Positions 1-7,283 of a DNA stretch of 20,000 nucleotides are shown here, one piece after another. The notes beneath the pieces were generated by a model, which saw nothing but the letters and a program-made list of their open reading frames with translations, did not search any database and was not told the origin of the DNA. Location of the stretch: the IMG/VR virus record IMGVR_UViG_3300037507_001084. One strand, written 5' to 3'. Position 1 is the first letter of the stretch. Each line of letters starts with the position of its first letter. The stretch is from an uncultured virus (IMG/VR IMGVR_UViG_3300037507_001084). Lineage: Duplodnaviria; Heunggongvirae; Uroviricota; Caudoviricetes. The position numbers and the translations under genes are program-made.

Positions 1-35
1 GACGATATTGTGTAGAGAGCATATGTAGTCTCCAT
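1..35 (-). CDS. 5' fragment of a hypothetical protein (METTYALYTIS...), truncated by the window edge
   Basis: ATG at 35 (minus), open to the edge; lies 7 nt downstream of a late-type CTAAATA (49-43). Confidence 0.45.
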   Translation of the reverse strand, partial: METTYALYTIS

Positions 36-41
36 ATAGGG

Positions 42-242
42 TTATTTAGCATTAATCATTGATTCCAAATCATTGATTCTACTGAACTCTTCGTATGCTC
101 GCTCAGACCTTTCGGATAGAATATCAGAAATATCATCAAGGATTACATCATTGTCAATGTATTCATCCAGATATTTGTCTAACGCTTCTTTTAGATAGCG
201 TTTACGGTGCCACTCGGGTGAATATGGTTTGTAGTGTGTCAT
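42..242 (-). CDS. hypothetical cyanophage protein, 66 aa
   Basis: ORF track; a consensus sigma70 promoter lies just upstream. Confidence 0.8.
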   Translation of the reverse strand: MTHYKPYSPEWHRKRYLKEALDKYLDEYIDNDVILDDISDILSERSERAYEEFSRINDLESMINAK

Positions 243-265
243 GACAAAACAGATATATGTGGCTA

Positions 266-294
266 ATTATAAGATATATATGTAAATTTGTCAA
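266..294 (-). promoter_or_regulatory. sigma70-type early promoter TTGACA-N17-TATAAT
   Basis: Minus strand TTGACA (294-289), 17-nt spacer, TATAAT (271-266); perfect consensus upstream of ORF 42..242. Confidence 0.85.
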
Positions 295-380
295 GAGGGA
301 TATGCGTGAGTCAATCCCCAAACAATAAAAAGACCAATAGAACCAAACAAACAAATACTACTAAGAATTAAACGAGTCAT
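291..380 (-). CDS. 29-aa single-TM microprotein MTRLILSSICLFGSIGLFIVWGLTHAYPS
   Basis: Manually translated; ATGA overlap with the stop of ORF 377..610; one hydrophobic segment. Confidence 0.7.
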   Translation of the reverse strand: MTRLILSSICLFGSIGLFIVWGLTHAYPS

Positions 381-610
381 AATTGGTGCTCGACATACTC
401 GTGATACATTTTTTTGATATCTTTATCTACATCAGTTAAACTATTCAAGGGAGCTTTGTATCCTTGACTAATAAGATAATCTATGAACTCATAAACATTT
501 GCTTTGATTGGCAGACCTAATCTAACAAAAGACGACAAAAGGAAATGTCTTTTTTGCCACTTGTCATTCTTCTCTCTCCAATCATATGGACTAGTGCTTA
601 TGTGATTCAT
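377..610 (-). CDS. hypothetical protein, 77 aa
   Basis: ORF track; overlaps both neighbours in operon fashion. Confidence 0.75.
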   Translation of the reverse strand: MNHISTSPYDWREKNDKWQKRHFLLSSFVRLGLPIKANVYEFIDYLISQGYKAPLNSLTDVDKDIKKMYHEYVEHQL

Positions 611-716
611 CTTTCATTTCCTCGTTTGCTAGTTTGAGAATGTAATAGATGATATAAACAGTGCCTGCTAATCCGATACCAAGAATAGTGATAACTCCCC
701 AAGGTAAGTTACTCAT
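591..716 (-). CDS. 41-aa single-TM microprotein MSNLPWGVITILGIGLAGTVYIIYYILKLANEEMKDESHKH
   Basis: Manually translated; upstream GAGGA; hydrophobic helix with a charged tail. Confidence 0.75.
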   Translation of the reverse strand: MSNLPWGVITILGIGLAGTVYIIYYILKLANEEMKDESHKH

Positions 717-819
717 GTTCATCCTCGTAAGTAGATGGTTCTTCAAATAACTCATCCATCTTTTGTTGGTAAACTCTTTCTCTTAGTTCTTGTAAATCTT
801 CTTCCGTTAAAACAATCAT
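709..819 (-). CDS. 36-aa acidic microprotein MIVLTEEDLQELRERVYQQKMDELFEEPSTYEDEHE
   Basis: Manually translated; ATGA overlap with the stop of ORF 816..995. Confidence 0.75.
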   Translation of the reverse strand: MIVLTEEDLQELRERVYQQKMDELFEEPSTYEDEHE

Positions 820-995
820 TTGTCTTTTAATAATTCTTCTACTCTTTTACGCATGTTTGTGCTATCTTGCTTGAGATAATCTCTCAAAGAATAACCACGC
901 TGCCCTTTCATAATACATGTTCCTTGATAGAACATGGTGGCAGCAAACACTAGAAGGGATGCTATTCCTATTATTTCAGGGTAATGTTGAGCCAT
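816..995 (-). CDS. 59-aa membrane microprotein MAQHYPEIIGIASLLVFAATMFYQGTCIMKGQRGYSLRDYLKQDSTNMRKRVEELLKDK
   Basis: Manually translated; N-terminal TM-like segment; overlaps neighbours. Confidence 0.75.
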   Translation of the reverse strand: MAQHYPEIIGIASLLVFAATMFYQGTCIMKGQRGYSLRDYLKQDSTNMRKRVEELLKDK

Positions 996-1159
996 GGTAG
1001 TAGTGGGGGAATTACTCCAATAAGTCGAAGCAAACCTTCAGCAAAAAGAGACAAAACAACCCAGCCAACACACATTGAGATAATTGAAGCATTACGATTA
1101 TGTTGTCGTATTGCATCATCTATCATCTCCTTCACTTCTTCTTTGGTTACTTGTGTCAT
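971..1159 (-). CDS. 62-aa membrane protein (MTQVTKEEVKEMIDDAIRQHNRNASIISM...)
   Basis: ORF track with the start trimmed to the ATG at 1159; hydrophobic C-terminal half. Confidence 0.75.
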   Translation of the reverse strand: MTQVTKEEVKEMIDDAIRQHNRNASIISMCVGWVVLSLFAEGLLRLIGVIPPLLPWLNITLK

Positions 1160-1259
1160 GAATTTTAGCGATACCAATAATGGGAAACATAACAAGGGCA
1201 AAGCATAGGATGCCCAAACTGATAGGGTTATTTAAGATTTCAACTATTATGTGAGTCAT
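1116..1259 (-). CDS. 47-aa single-TM microprotein MTHIIVEILNNPISLGILCFALVMFPIIGIAKIHDTSNQRRSEGDDR
   Basis: Manually translated; fills the gap between 971..1159 and 1240..1452. Confidence 0.65.
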   Translation of the reverse strand: MTHIIVEILNNPISLGILCFALVMFPIIGIAKIHDTSNQRRSEGDDR

Positions 1260-1452
1260 TTTTCTTTACATGGATGTAACACTCAAGTGGTTTTTGTGTC
1301 TCTGCGTCAAAGTTTTGATCTAAGTAAACACAAAGTTTCTCAATGATTTTTAGATATTCATCATGCATCCATTCGCTACCAGTTTCGTGATAGGCATAGT
1401 GCTTACATGCTGTGATAATTCGATTGACATCTCTGCTTGATAGGTTATACAT
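1240..1452 (-). CDS. hypothetical protein, 70 aa
   Basis: ORF track; second gene of the leftward array. Confidence 0.75.
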   Translation of the reverse strand: MYNLSSRDVNRIITACKHYAYHETGSEWMHDEYLKIIEKLCVYLDQNFDAETQKPLECYIHVKKNDSHNS

Positions 1453-1456
1453 ATGG

Positions 1457-1582
1457 TTACTCTCTATACATTATTATGTCGCCATGTTGTCTGTGAAAAT
1501 CAAGGTGCTTTTTGCCCCAAGGTATCACCCTCCATTCAGTTTTTCCATTCCAAAGTAAAAGGCAGATGTGAATGTATCTCAT
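1457..1582 (-). CDS. 41-aa microprotein MRYIHICLLLWNGKTEWRVIPWGKKHLDFHRQHGDIIMYRE
   Basis: Manually translated; first ORF behind the leftward promoter; alternative in-frame ATG at 1588. Confidence 0.65.
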   Translation of the reverse strand: MRYIHICLLLWNGKTEWRVIPWGKKHLDFHRQHGDIIMYRE

Positions 1583-1590
1583 ACACATGT

Positions 1591-1618
1591 AGTATAACGA
1601 GCTATTTAGATGAGTCAA
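1591..1618 (-). promoter_or_regulatory. leftward promoter TTGACT-N16-TATACT with a late-type CTAAATA in the spacer
   Basis: Minus strand reads TTGACT catctaaatagctcgt TATACT; CTAAATA at 1609-1603. Confidence 0.6.
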
Positions 1619-1651
1619 TATACTTATTAAGATTTGCTGACAAACGGGGGC

Positions 1652-1680
1652 TTGACAGGGGCGCTGGGATGCTATATACT
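1652..1680 (+). promoter_or_regulatory. sigma70-type promoter of the hli operon, TTGACA-N17-TATACT
   Basis: TTGACA 1652-1657, TATACT 1675-1680. Confidence 0.85.
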
Positions 1681-1707
1681 ATGTAAAGATTTACAACAGA
1701 ATGTAAC
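1680..1707 (-). promoter_or_regulatory. HLR1-like (RpaB) octamer array over the hli transcription start
   Basis: Minus strand GTTACATT-ct-GTTGTAAA-tc-TTTACATA; two perfect (G/T)TTACA(T/A)(T/A) octamers in a 10-nt register. Confidence 0.55.
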
Positions 1708-1911
1708 ATGACTGTAACAACGAATGATCGTGGTCAACAGAACATGTGGGCAAAGGAGCCCACTATGGTTTACCAAGAATACAATCGCAAGGGTCTTCTG
1801 ACTCCTATGCAAACTACGGAGATGTACAATGGACGCTGGGCAATGGTCGGTATTATTGCTGGTGCTATTTCTTATGCTCTCACTGGTAAACTCTTCTTCG
1901 GAGTCTTCTGA
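1708..1911 (+). CDS. hli: high-light-inducible protein (HLIP), 67 aa
   Basis: LHC chlorophyll-binding motif EMYNGRWAMVG plus a TM helix. Confidence 0.93.
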   Translation: MTVTTNDRGQQNMWAKEPTMVYQEYNRKGLLTPMQTTEMYNGRWAMVGIIAGAISYALTGKLFFGVF

Positions 1912-1997
1912 TGACTGAAGTAATCTTTACTTTTACTGCGGTTGCTTTTTTCGTAACCCTGTGCTATGCTGTAGAACAACTCGCTGAAACTTATTAA
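1911..1997 (+). CDS. 28-aa TM peptide MTEVIFTFTAVAFFVTLCYAVEQLAETY between the hli genes
   Basis: TGATG overlap with the hli stop; ends just before the RBS of the second hli. Confidence 0.7.
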   Translation: MTEVIFTFTAVAFFVTLCYAVEQLAETY

Positions 1998-2008
1998 GGA
2001 GAACTACT

Positions 2009-2128
2009 ATGAAATTCGGATTCACCCCTGAGGCAGAGATCCTCAACGCTCGTCTGGCAATGCTCGGTTTCGTCATTGCTGTTGGAACATACGCTACTAC
2101 TGGTCAGATTATTCCTGGCATTTGGTGA
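2009..2128 (+). CDS. hli: high-light-inducible protein (HLIP), 39 aa, MKFGFTPEAEILNARLAMLGFVIAVGTYATTGQIIPGIW
   Basis: AExLNARLAMLG motif and C-terminal TGQIIPGIW typical of phage/multicopy hli; AAGGAG RBS. Confidence 0.95.
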   Translation: MKFGFTPEAEILNARLAMLGFVIAVGTYATTGQIIPGIW

Positions 2129-2132
2129 TAAC

Positions 2133-2161
2133 TTGACAAAATAAAATATCTTTGATAAGAT
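2133..2161 (+). promoter_or_regulatory. sigma70-type promoter TTGACA-N17-TAAGAT with extended -10 TG
   Basis: TTGACA 2133-2138; TG 2153-2154; TAAGAT 2156-2161. Confidence 0.65.
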
Positions 2162-2188
2162 GTAAGCAATTGCTTACATCTTTTTTTT
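2157..2188 (+). terminator. intrinsic terminator of the hli operon
   Basis: Perfect 26-nt palindrome AAGATGTAAGCAATTGCTTACATCTT running into a T8 tract. Confidence 0.75.
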
Positions 2189-2189
2189 A

Positions 2190-2795
2190 ATGTCAGACTC
2201 ATATGTTAATCAAAATTATGTCATAGATGAGTTGTTTCCTTGTCCAATATTGATAGTTGATGATTGCTGTAATCATCTTTTGGCAGATTTGGAAACATCT
2301 TGTAAAAAAGAAGTTGAAGAATATTCATTTAAAAACAATATTCTCTACGTTGATTCAACTCATACTTCATTTAAAAAATTAAATACATATCCATTTGATT
2401 CTTTGGGAGAATATATAAACCATTATTCTTTAATAATGCTTGGTGCTCAAGGATATAATATCAATGATGATACAAAATTAAGTATTGATATGTGGTGTAA
2501 TGTATGTGAAAAAGAAAGTTTCCTATTTCCACACACACATTCAGGATCTATGTTATCTGGAGTTTTTTATGTAAAAACAAGTCAAGAAGATTCTATAATA
2601 TTTTACAATACACAAAAATTGATTAGCAATATTTATAAAGCAAATAGTCCCACTAGAATTTCTTGTTCACAGACAACTTATAAATGTTTTCCTGGAACAT
2701 TATTGATTTGGAATAGTGATTTATTACATGGAAATCCTAGAAGAGGATCGGAAGAAGAAAAAATCGCAATATCTTTTAATATATCATTCAACTAA
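2190..2795 (+). CDS. putative 2OG-Fe(II) oxygenase (TIGR02466-like phage family)
   Basis: PHTH..SGVFYV, PGTLLIW..LLH and terminal IAISFN jelly-roll motifs; AT-rich. Confidence 0.8.
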   Translation: MSDSYVNQNYVIDELFPCPILIVDDCCNHLLADLETSCKKEVEEYSFKNNILYVDSTHTSFKKLNTYPFDSLGEYINHYSLIMLGAQGYNINDDTKLSIDMWCNVCEKESFLFPHTHSGSMLSGVFYVKTSQEDSIIFYNTQKLISNIYKANSPTRISCSQTTYKCFPGTLLIWNSDLLHGNPRRGSEEEKIAISFNISFN

Positions 2796-2798
2796 TTA

Positions 2799-5069
2799 TT
2801 ATTTTGATTGATAAATTATTCTTCGTGGAAATGTCAACCCAGATGAAGGTCTTGGTGTTGCCGTAGCATCTGGAGTAACGTAACCTGTAGTTTTTCTTAG
2901 TGTTTTTGGGAATAAAACATATGGTTGAGTTCTAGCATCAACCGCAGTGTAAGATCTATCAATCTGAGAATATCTTAGGGTGATAGTTCCTGTCATGATA
3001 GAAGAGTTTTGTGAAATATAATAATAAGTTCCAGGAGCAACGTTAGTGGTGTCCCAAATGATACTGCCTGATGTTGCTCCATTATTTGTAATGCCAGTTG
3101 TCACTACGTTACCAGTTCCAATAATTTGTAATGTTTTAATCCAAAATGGTTGACCAGGAGTGTTTACCGAAAACTCCATGATCTCACCAACTCTCACATC
3201 AAAGTTTTGATTGGATCCATTTCTCCCAAACAATCTATCTGCGTTTGATGTAAATTCATACGAAGTTGACCCTGTATTTGTAACATAATGTTTGTGATAG
3301 AAACCAGGAAACGTTCTTGAATAATTATAATTTGGTCCTGTATAACCATAGTATCTTAATAAATTTAGAAAGTCTGATTGTTTAAATCTTGGATATCTTT
3401 CTGCCAGACAAGCAATCATACCAGCTACTTGTGGTGATGCCATGCTTGTCCCACTCAACACATTCAAAGAGAACGAATTGTTTCTTGGATCTTTCAGTGT
3501 TTGTGATGTGTATACTGAAGACAGAATATTTGTTCCTGCTGCCCACACATCACATGTGTTGCCATGGGATGAAGAGTTTGCTTTGAATTCTACCCACACT
3601 TGTTCGGAATCTGGTGATGTTGTGCTCATTTTTAGGGCAGCAACTGAATCTATATTTCCTACGGTTATTCCTGCTGGAACAGCAGCGGGATCTGTTCCTC
3701 TCTTATAAAAATCTATAAATCCAGTATAGACTTGGGTGCTGTTTTGACTTTGGTAATTATAAACTAACGAATTATTATAATCTGGGTGCGTAGAACTCAC
3801 ACTGGTATCACCGTAATTTCCAGCAGCGGATACAAAAACAATACCATTTGATATCGCATCTTCAATATCTGCTTGATGCGATATTCCACCTCTAATTGGC
3901 AACCAAACACACCATTGTGATGATTGTGTTGGGTAGTTATTATATATGAAGGTGGTATATAATCCTCCCCAAAGACCATACGTTCCTCTTAGGATATTTA
4001 AATCTGATTGAGTATTTGTAAAAGAAACGTTTATATTTGATCCTCTATATCTAACTTGCGTTATTTGAGTGATGGGAAGTAGTGTAACATAACCATAACT
4101 GTGGTTGGTTATGGTTGGATTTCTTCTTCCAGTTGCTGGATTAATTGGTTTGTTTAAATGAAATGCTCTTAGCAGATCATACATTAATGATGGAGGAACC
4201 TTTGTTGTGCTGTAAGCGTACAGATTATAAATGTTTGCTTTTCTTGCCCACCCCAATCTATTGCCAACACAAGTTCCAGCTACGTGTGTTCCGTGATCTC
4301 CATAGTCTCCATAATTATATGTTGTTGGAACGGATGCGTCTACTACATCGTTATCAATATTCTGAACAGCATTTCTGTATAAACTCCACCAGTTAATTTG
4401 ATTAACTCTACTGCCACCAGTGCCATCAGAATTTACTGCGAACTCAGGATGATTGATAGGAATTTCATCATCAACAATAACCACGTCAACGTTCTCTCCA
4501 TTGAAAGGTATCGTTGTTGAAGCTGTTGCGTTTCCAGTTCTATCACTACCCCAAGTAGAATACCTTGCTTCGCCTAAACTATTTAAAAAATCAGTTCCTG
4601 CGTCATCTAAATCCAAAACTGCTCCTGGATTTGAGTGTGCTAATAACCCCCAGTTCAAATCAGTGTTTGAAAACCCAGCAGACTTTCTTGCGAACACTCC
4701 ATTGTTTATGAATGTTGATCCAAGGGGAACTGCTACAACTCCCTTTTCTTCCATCGTAAGATCCACATCCCATACCCTGGGATCTTCTTTTAATTTTTCT
4801 GCTTCTTCTTTAGTCAGTAGATAGTGTGTATTTCTACTCAAGGGTCTTTTGTTTGTTCTTTCTACTGATCTATCAGGAACATAATCGTTGCCAGTAGCAT
4901 CTCTCATCTCATCATAAAAGTTATCTAAGTCATCAAAGTTGTGTAGAGTTACAACATATTCTCTTAACGCATCACTATCATCTTGTTCTTTTGTGTGACA
5001 AGAAATAGTATTTGTGTTTAAATTTGACTCTCGTGACCCTCTTTCTAAGAGAATATCTTCTAAGTTCAT
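2799..5069 (-). CDS. S8 subtilisin-like serine protease with an I9-like prodomain and a C-terminal cupredoxin-like module
   Basis: Triad motifs VDVVIVDD, HGTHVAG, GTSMASPQVAG; oxyanion AAGN; prodomain-like LTKEEAEKLKEDPRVWDV. Confidence 0.9.
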   Translation of the reverse strand: MNLEDILLERGSRESNLNTNTISCHTKEQDDSDALREYVVTLHNFDDLDNFYDEMRDATGNDYVPDRSVERTNKRPLSRNTHYLLTKEEAEKLKEDPRVWDVDLTMEEKGVVAVPLGSTFINNGVFARKSAGFSNTDLNWGLLAHSNPGAVLDLDDAGTDFLNSLGEARYSTWGSDRTGNATASTTIPFNGENVDVVIVDDEIPINHPEFAVNSDGTGGSRVNQINWWSLYRNAVQNIDNDVVDASVPTTYNYGDYGDHGTHVAGTCVGNRLGWARKANIYNLYAYSTTKVPPSLMYDLLRAFHLNKPINPATGRRNPTITNHSYGYVTLLPITQITQVRYRGSNINVSFTNTQSDLNILRGTYGLWGGLYTTFIYNNYPTQSSQWCVWLPIRGGISHQADIEDAISNGIVFVSAAGNYGDTSVSSTHPDYNNSLVYNYQSQNSTQVYTGFIDFYKRGTDPAAVPAGITVGNIDSVAALKMSTTSPDSEQVWVEFKANSSSHGNTCDVWAAGTNILSSVYTSQTLKDPRNNSFSLNVLSGTSMASPQVAGMIACLAERYPRFKQSDFLNLLRYYGYTGPNYNYSRTFPGFYHKHYVTNTGSTSYEFTSNADRLFGRNGSNQNFDVRVGEIMEFSVNTPGQPFWIKTLQIIGTGNVVTTGITNNGATSGSIIWDTTNVAPGTYYYISQNSSIMTGTITLRYSQIDRSYTAVDARTQPYVLFPKTLRKTTGYVTPDATATPRPSSGLTFPRRIIYQSK

Positions 5070-5070
5070 A

Positions 5071-7188
5071 TTAGGTTTCTAATTGTAGAACTGTTAACGT
5101 TACTGTAATTGCTGTGGTTGAACCACTTTTATTGACAACTTTAGCGTAGATATTCGTGGATGGTATTGTGTCATTATTCCACCCAATTGTGCCAGGAGTT
5201 ATGATTGTTGTTTGAGCTGCCGTGTGAATAACTTCAGCGATTACACCTGCTCCTGGTGCTGGATCTGTATTTTCTGAACGTGAAGCATCGGATAATCTAC
5301 TGCCAGTATCGGAATATAATGTTACCCATGCTGCTTCTGAAGTTTGAATCTTCAGTAAAGCATAAGACTTAAATCCGACAATTGTAATGTTTTCAGATGC
5401 TCCGTTTACTATTGAAGAAGTGCTGGCAAATACTGTTGATCTTCCGCCAGCAGAATCAGCTGGAGACCAGTTAGTTCCATTCCATTTTAGTGTTTGTCCA
5501 ACTTGTGGTGTGCCAATTTGTACATCACTCAGAGCGTCAATTGATAATGAACCAATACCAGTCAGATAACTACTTAAGTTGGGTGGTGTAAAGGTAAATA
5601 CACCATTTGTACTGTTGTATGATAAACTGCCGCCACCAGAAGCAGTTGCAGTTGATACAGATACTCCATCTCTTCCAATAAAGTTATCGGTGACGTTTAC
5701 CCAGCGAATTCCATTGTAACGAATGGTTTGATTAGATATTGGTGATGTTATTGTTACATCTGTTAGAGCACTGAGGGCAGTAACTAATGTTGGTCTATTT
5801 GTCAGATCATTATAAGAACCAGTGATAGCAACAGTTGATAGTGTTGGTCTATTCAATAAGTCGTTATATGAACCAGTTGCTGATACAGTGGATAGTGTTG
5901 GGCGATTTGCTAAATCAAAATAATCTCCTGTTGTGGCAACGGTTGATAGTGATGGTCTGTTTAAGATTCTCGACACACCAGTATTAGCATTCCAATCAGA
6001 AGGAACTTGTGCTGCTGGGATAACTGGTTGATCTACAAGGTCATTGTATGATGCTGAGATAGCAACGGATGCTAGGCTTGGTCTGTTTGCCAAATCAGCG
6101 TATTCACCGCTGGTTGCTACGGTTGCTAAACTTGGTCTATTCGTTAAATCATTGTATGAACCAGATGTTGCTACAGTAGCAAGAGTTGGTTTATTTAAGA
6201 TGCGTGTAACACCTGTCGTTGCTGACCAATCAGATGGAACTTGTGCTGCTGGAATTGTTGGTGTATTTGAGAGATCATTGTATGAACCAGATGTTGCTAC
6301 AGCAGATAGTGTGGGTTTGTTTAAAATTTGAGCAACACCAGTTGTAGCATTCCAATCAGCATTTGTTTCACTTGTCAAATAAACAGAAAGATTTGGTGGG
6401 GTGAACGTGAATGTGCCATTATTATTATCATATGACAATGAACCACCACCAACCGCTGCGTTTGTAGTTACCGAAAGGTCTGTTAGTGTGATACCACCAC
6501 CACCTCCACCACCAGTTAAATCAGCTGCTGGTGCCCATACAGTACCATTCCATTTTAGAACTTGACCAACTGAAGGTGTGCCATCCACATCAGCGAGATC
6601 ATTGATGAGAGATGGAATGAAAGGTTTGAATGTCAGGTCATTGTAAGAACTAGATGTCGCTACTGTAGCAAGTGCTGGTCTGTTTGATAAATCATTATAC
6701 GATAAGCTTGCGTTTACAAACTGTGTGCCATTGTAACGTAGAGTTTGACCAGTGATTACACCACCGATTTGAACATCAGTTAGACTATCTAAGTTTGTTA
6801 CATTACTTCCGCCACCACCAATTACGGTGAGAGTTCCATCAGGTGCTATACTTAGCGTTGAACCATCTGGTTTTACTGCTCCAGCGATTGTTGTTGTTGC
6901 TGTTGGAACAGAAAAATTTAGTTTTCCATTTGCGTCATCATAAGTTACTGATATATTAGTTTCTGTGTTTACAGAAACCATGTCACCAATAATATCTTGG
7001 ACTTGTTCCGTTGATAATGGTGCCTGCCATGATACAGTTGAACCAGTTGAAGTTAGAACATAACCAGCCAATCCTGTACTGGTTCCATCAAAAATTCCAG
7101 TTTGTGCGAGATTTAAACTATCACCTGTTTTAACTTCTTCTAATTGTCTTGTAACAGCGTTGGCAATTAATGGGTATCTATTTGCCAT
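5071..7188 (-). CDS. repeat-rich virion structural / fibre-like protein, 705 aa
   Basis: T/S/G-rich; MANRYPLI N-terminus; multiple YNDLxNRP and LxDLxDV..GQxLxWNG repeats; late promoter upstream. Confidence 0.8.
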   Translation of the reverse strand: MANRYPLIANAVTRQLEEVKTGDSLNLAQTGIFDGTSTGLAGYVLTSTGSTVSWQAPLSTEQVQDIIGDMVSVNTETNISVTYDDANGKLNFSVPTATTTIAGAVKPDGSTLSIAPDGTLTVIGGGGSNVTNLDSLTDVQIGGVITGQTLRYNGTQFVNASLSYNDLSNRPALATVATSSSYNDLTFKPFIPSLINDLADVDGTPSVGQVLKWNGTVWAPAADLTGGGGGGGITLTDLSVTTNAAVGGGSLSYDNNNGTFTFTPPNLSVYLTSETNADWNATTGVAQILNKPTLSAVATSGSYNDLSNTPTIPAAQVPSDWSATTGVTRILNKPTLATVATSGSYNDLTNRPSLATVATSGEYADLANRPSLASVAISASYNDLVDQPVIPAAQVPSDWNANTGVSRILNRPSLSTVATTGDYFDLANRPTLSTVSATGSYNDLLNRPTLSTVAITGSYNDLTNRPTLVTALSALTDVTITSPISNQTIRYNGIRWVNVTDNFIGRDGVSVSTATASGGGSLSYNSTNGVFTFTPPNLSSYLTGIGSLSIDALSDVQIGTPQVGQTLKWNGTNWSPADSAGGRSTVFASTSSIVNGASENITIVGFKSYALLKIQTSEAAWVTLYSDTGSRLSDASRSENTDPAPGAGVIAEVIHTAAQTTIITPGTIGWNNDTIPSTNIYAKVVNKSGSTTAITVTLTVLQLET
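5780..6710 (-). repeat. degenerate 54-nt (18-aa) coding repeats, consensus PTLATVATSGSYNDLxNR, 9 cores
   Basis: Counted in the translation; interspersed with 3 DWxAxTGVxxILN(K/R)P units. Confidence 0.85.
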
Positions 7189-7220
7189 TCGTAACCTACA
7201 ATGAGTGCCCTATTTAGTTA

Positions 7221-7228
7221 TATTTATA
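7221..7228 (-). promoter_or_regulatory. T4 late promoter TATAAATA for the fibre/protease operon
   Basis: Plus-strand TATTTATA at 7221-7228, 32 nt upstream of the ATG at 7188; second TAAATA at 7216-7211. Confidence 0.8.
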
Positions 7229-7247
7229 AATGGTGGGACTGGGGGGC

Positions 7248-7281
7248 TTGACAGGGGCGGGGAACCGTGCTACTATAAATA
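7248..7281 (+). promoter_or_regulatory. composite psbA promoter: TTGACA-N17-TACTAT overlapped by late TATAAATA
   Basis: TTGACA 7248-7253, TACTAT 7271-7276, TATAAATA 7274-7281. Confidence 0.85.
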
Positions 7282-7283
7282 AA

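Noticed and set aside
291..380. PetN assignment for the 29-aa peptide (same size, VWG)
   Set aside because: Lacks the PetN W and F-T-x-S pattern and terminal GRxG; similarity too weak
1222..1234. 13-nt identity ATAGGGTTATTTA with 36-48 as a repeated late promoter
   Set aside because: This copy lies inside the 47-aa CDS (LNNPI codons); plausible chance match in AT-rich DNA
1453..1686. Plus-strand 77-aa ORF or ncRNA upstream of hli
   Set aside because: The region is explained by a minus-strand 41-aa ORF and two divergent promoters
3389..6331. Several 60-123 aa plus-strand or alternative-frame ORFs within the protease and fibre genes
   Set aside because: Shadows of long, well-supported genes with no independent signals
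5780..6710. Periodic repeats as a CRISPR array or DGR template
   Set aside because: Repeats are degenerate in-frame coding units without spacers; no reverse transcriptase or cas operon, and the exonuclease at 15209 is the standard T4-like gene
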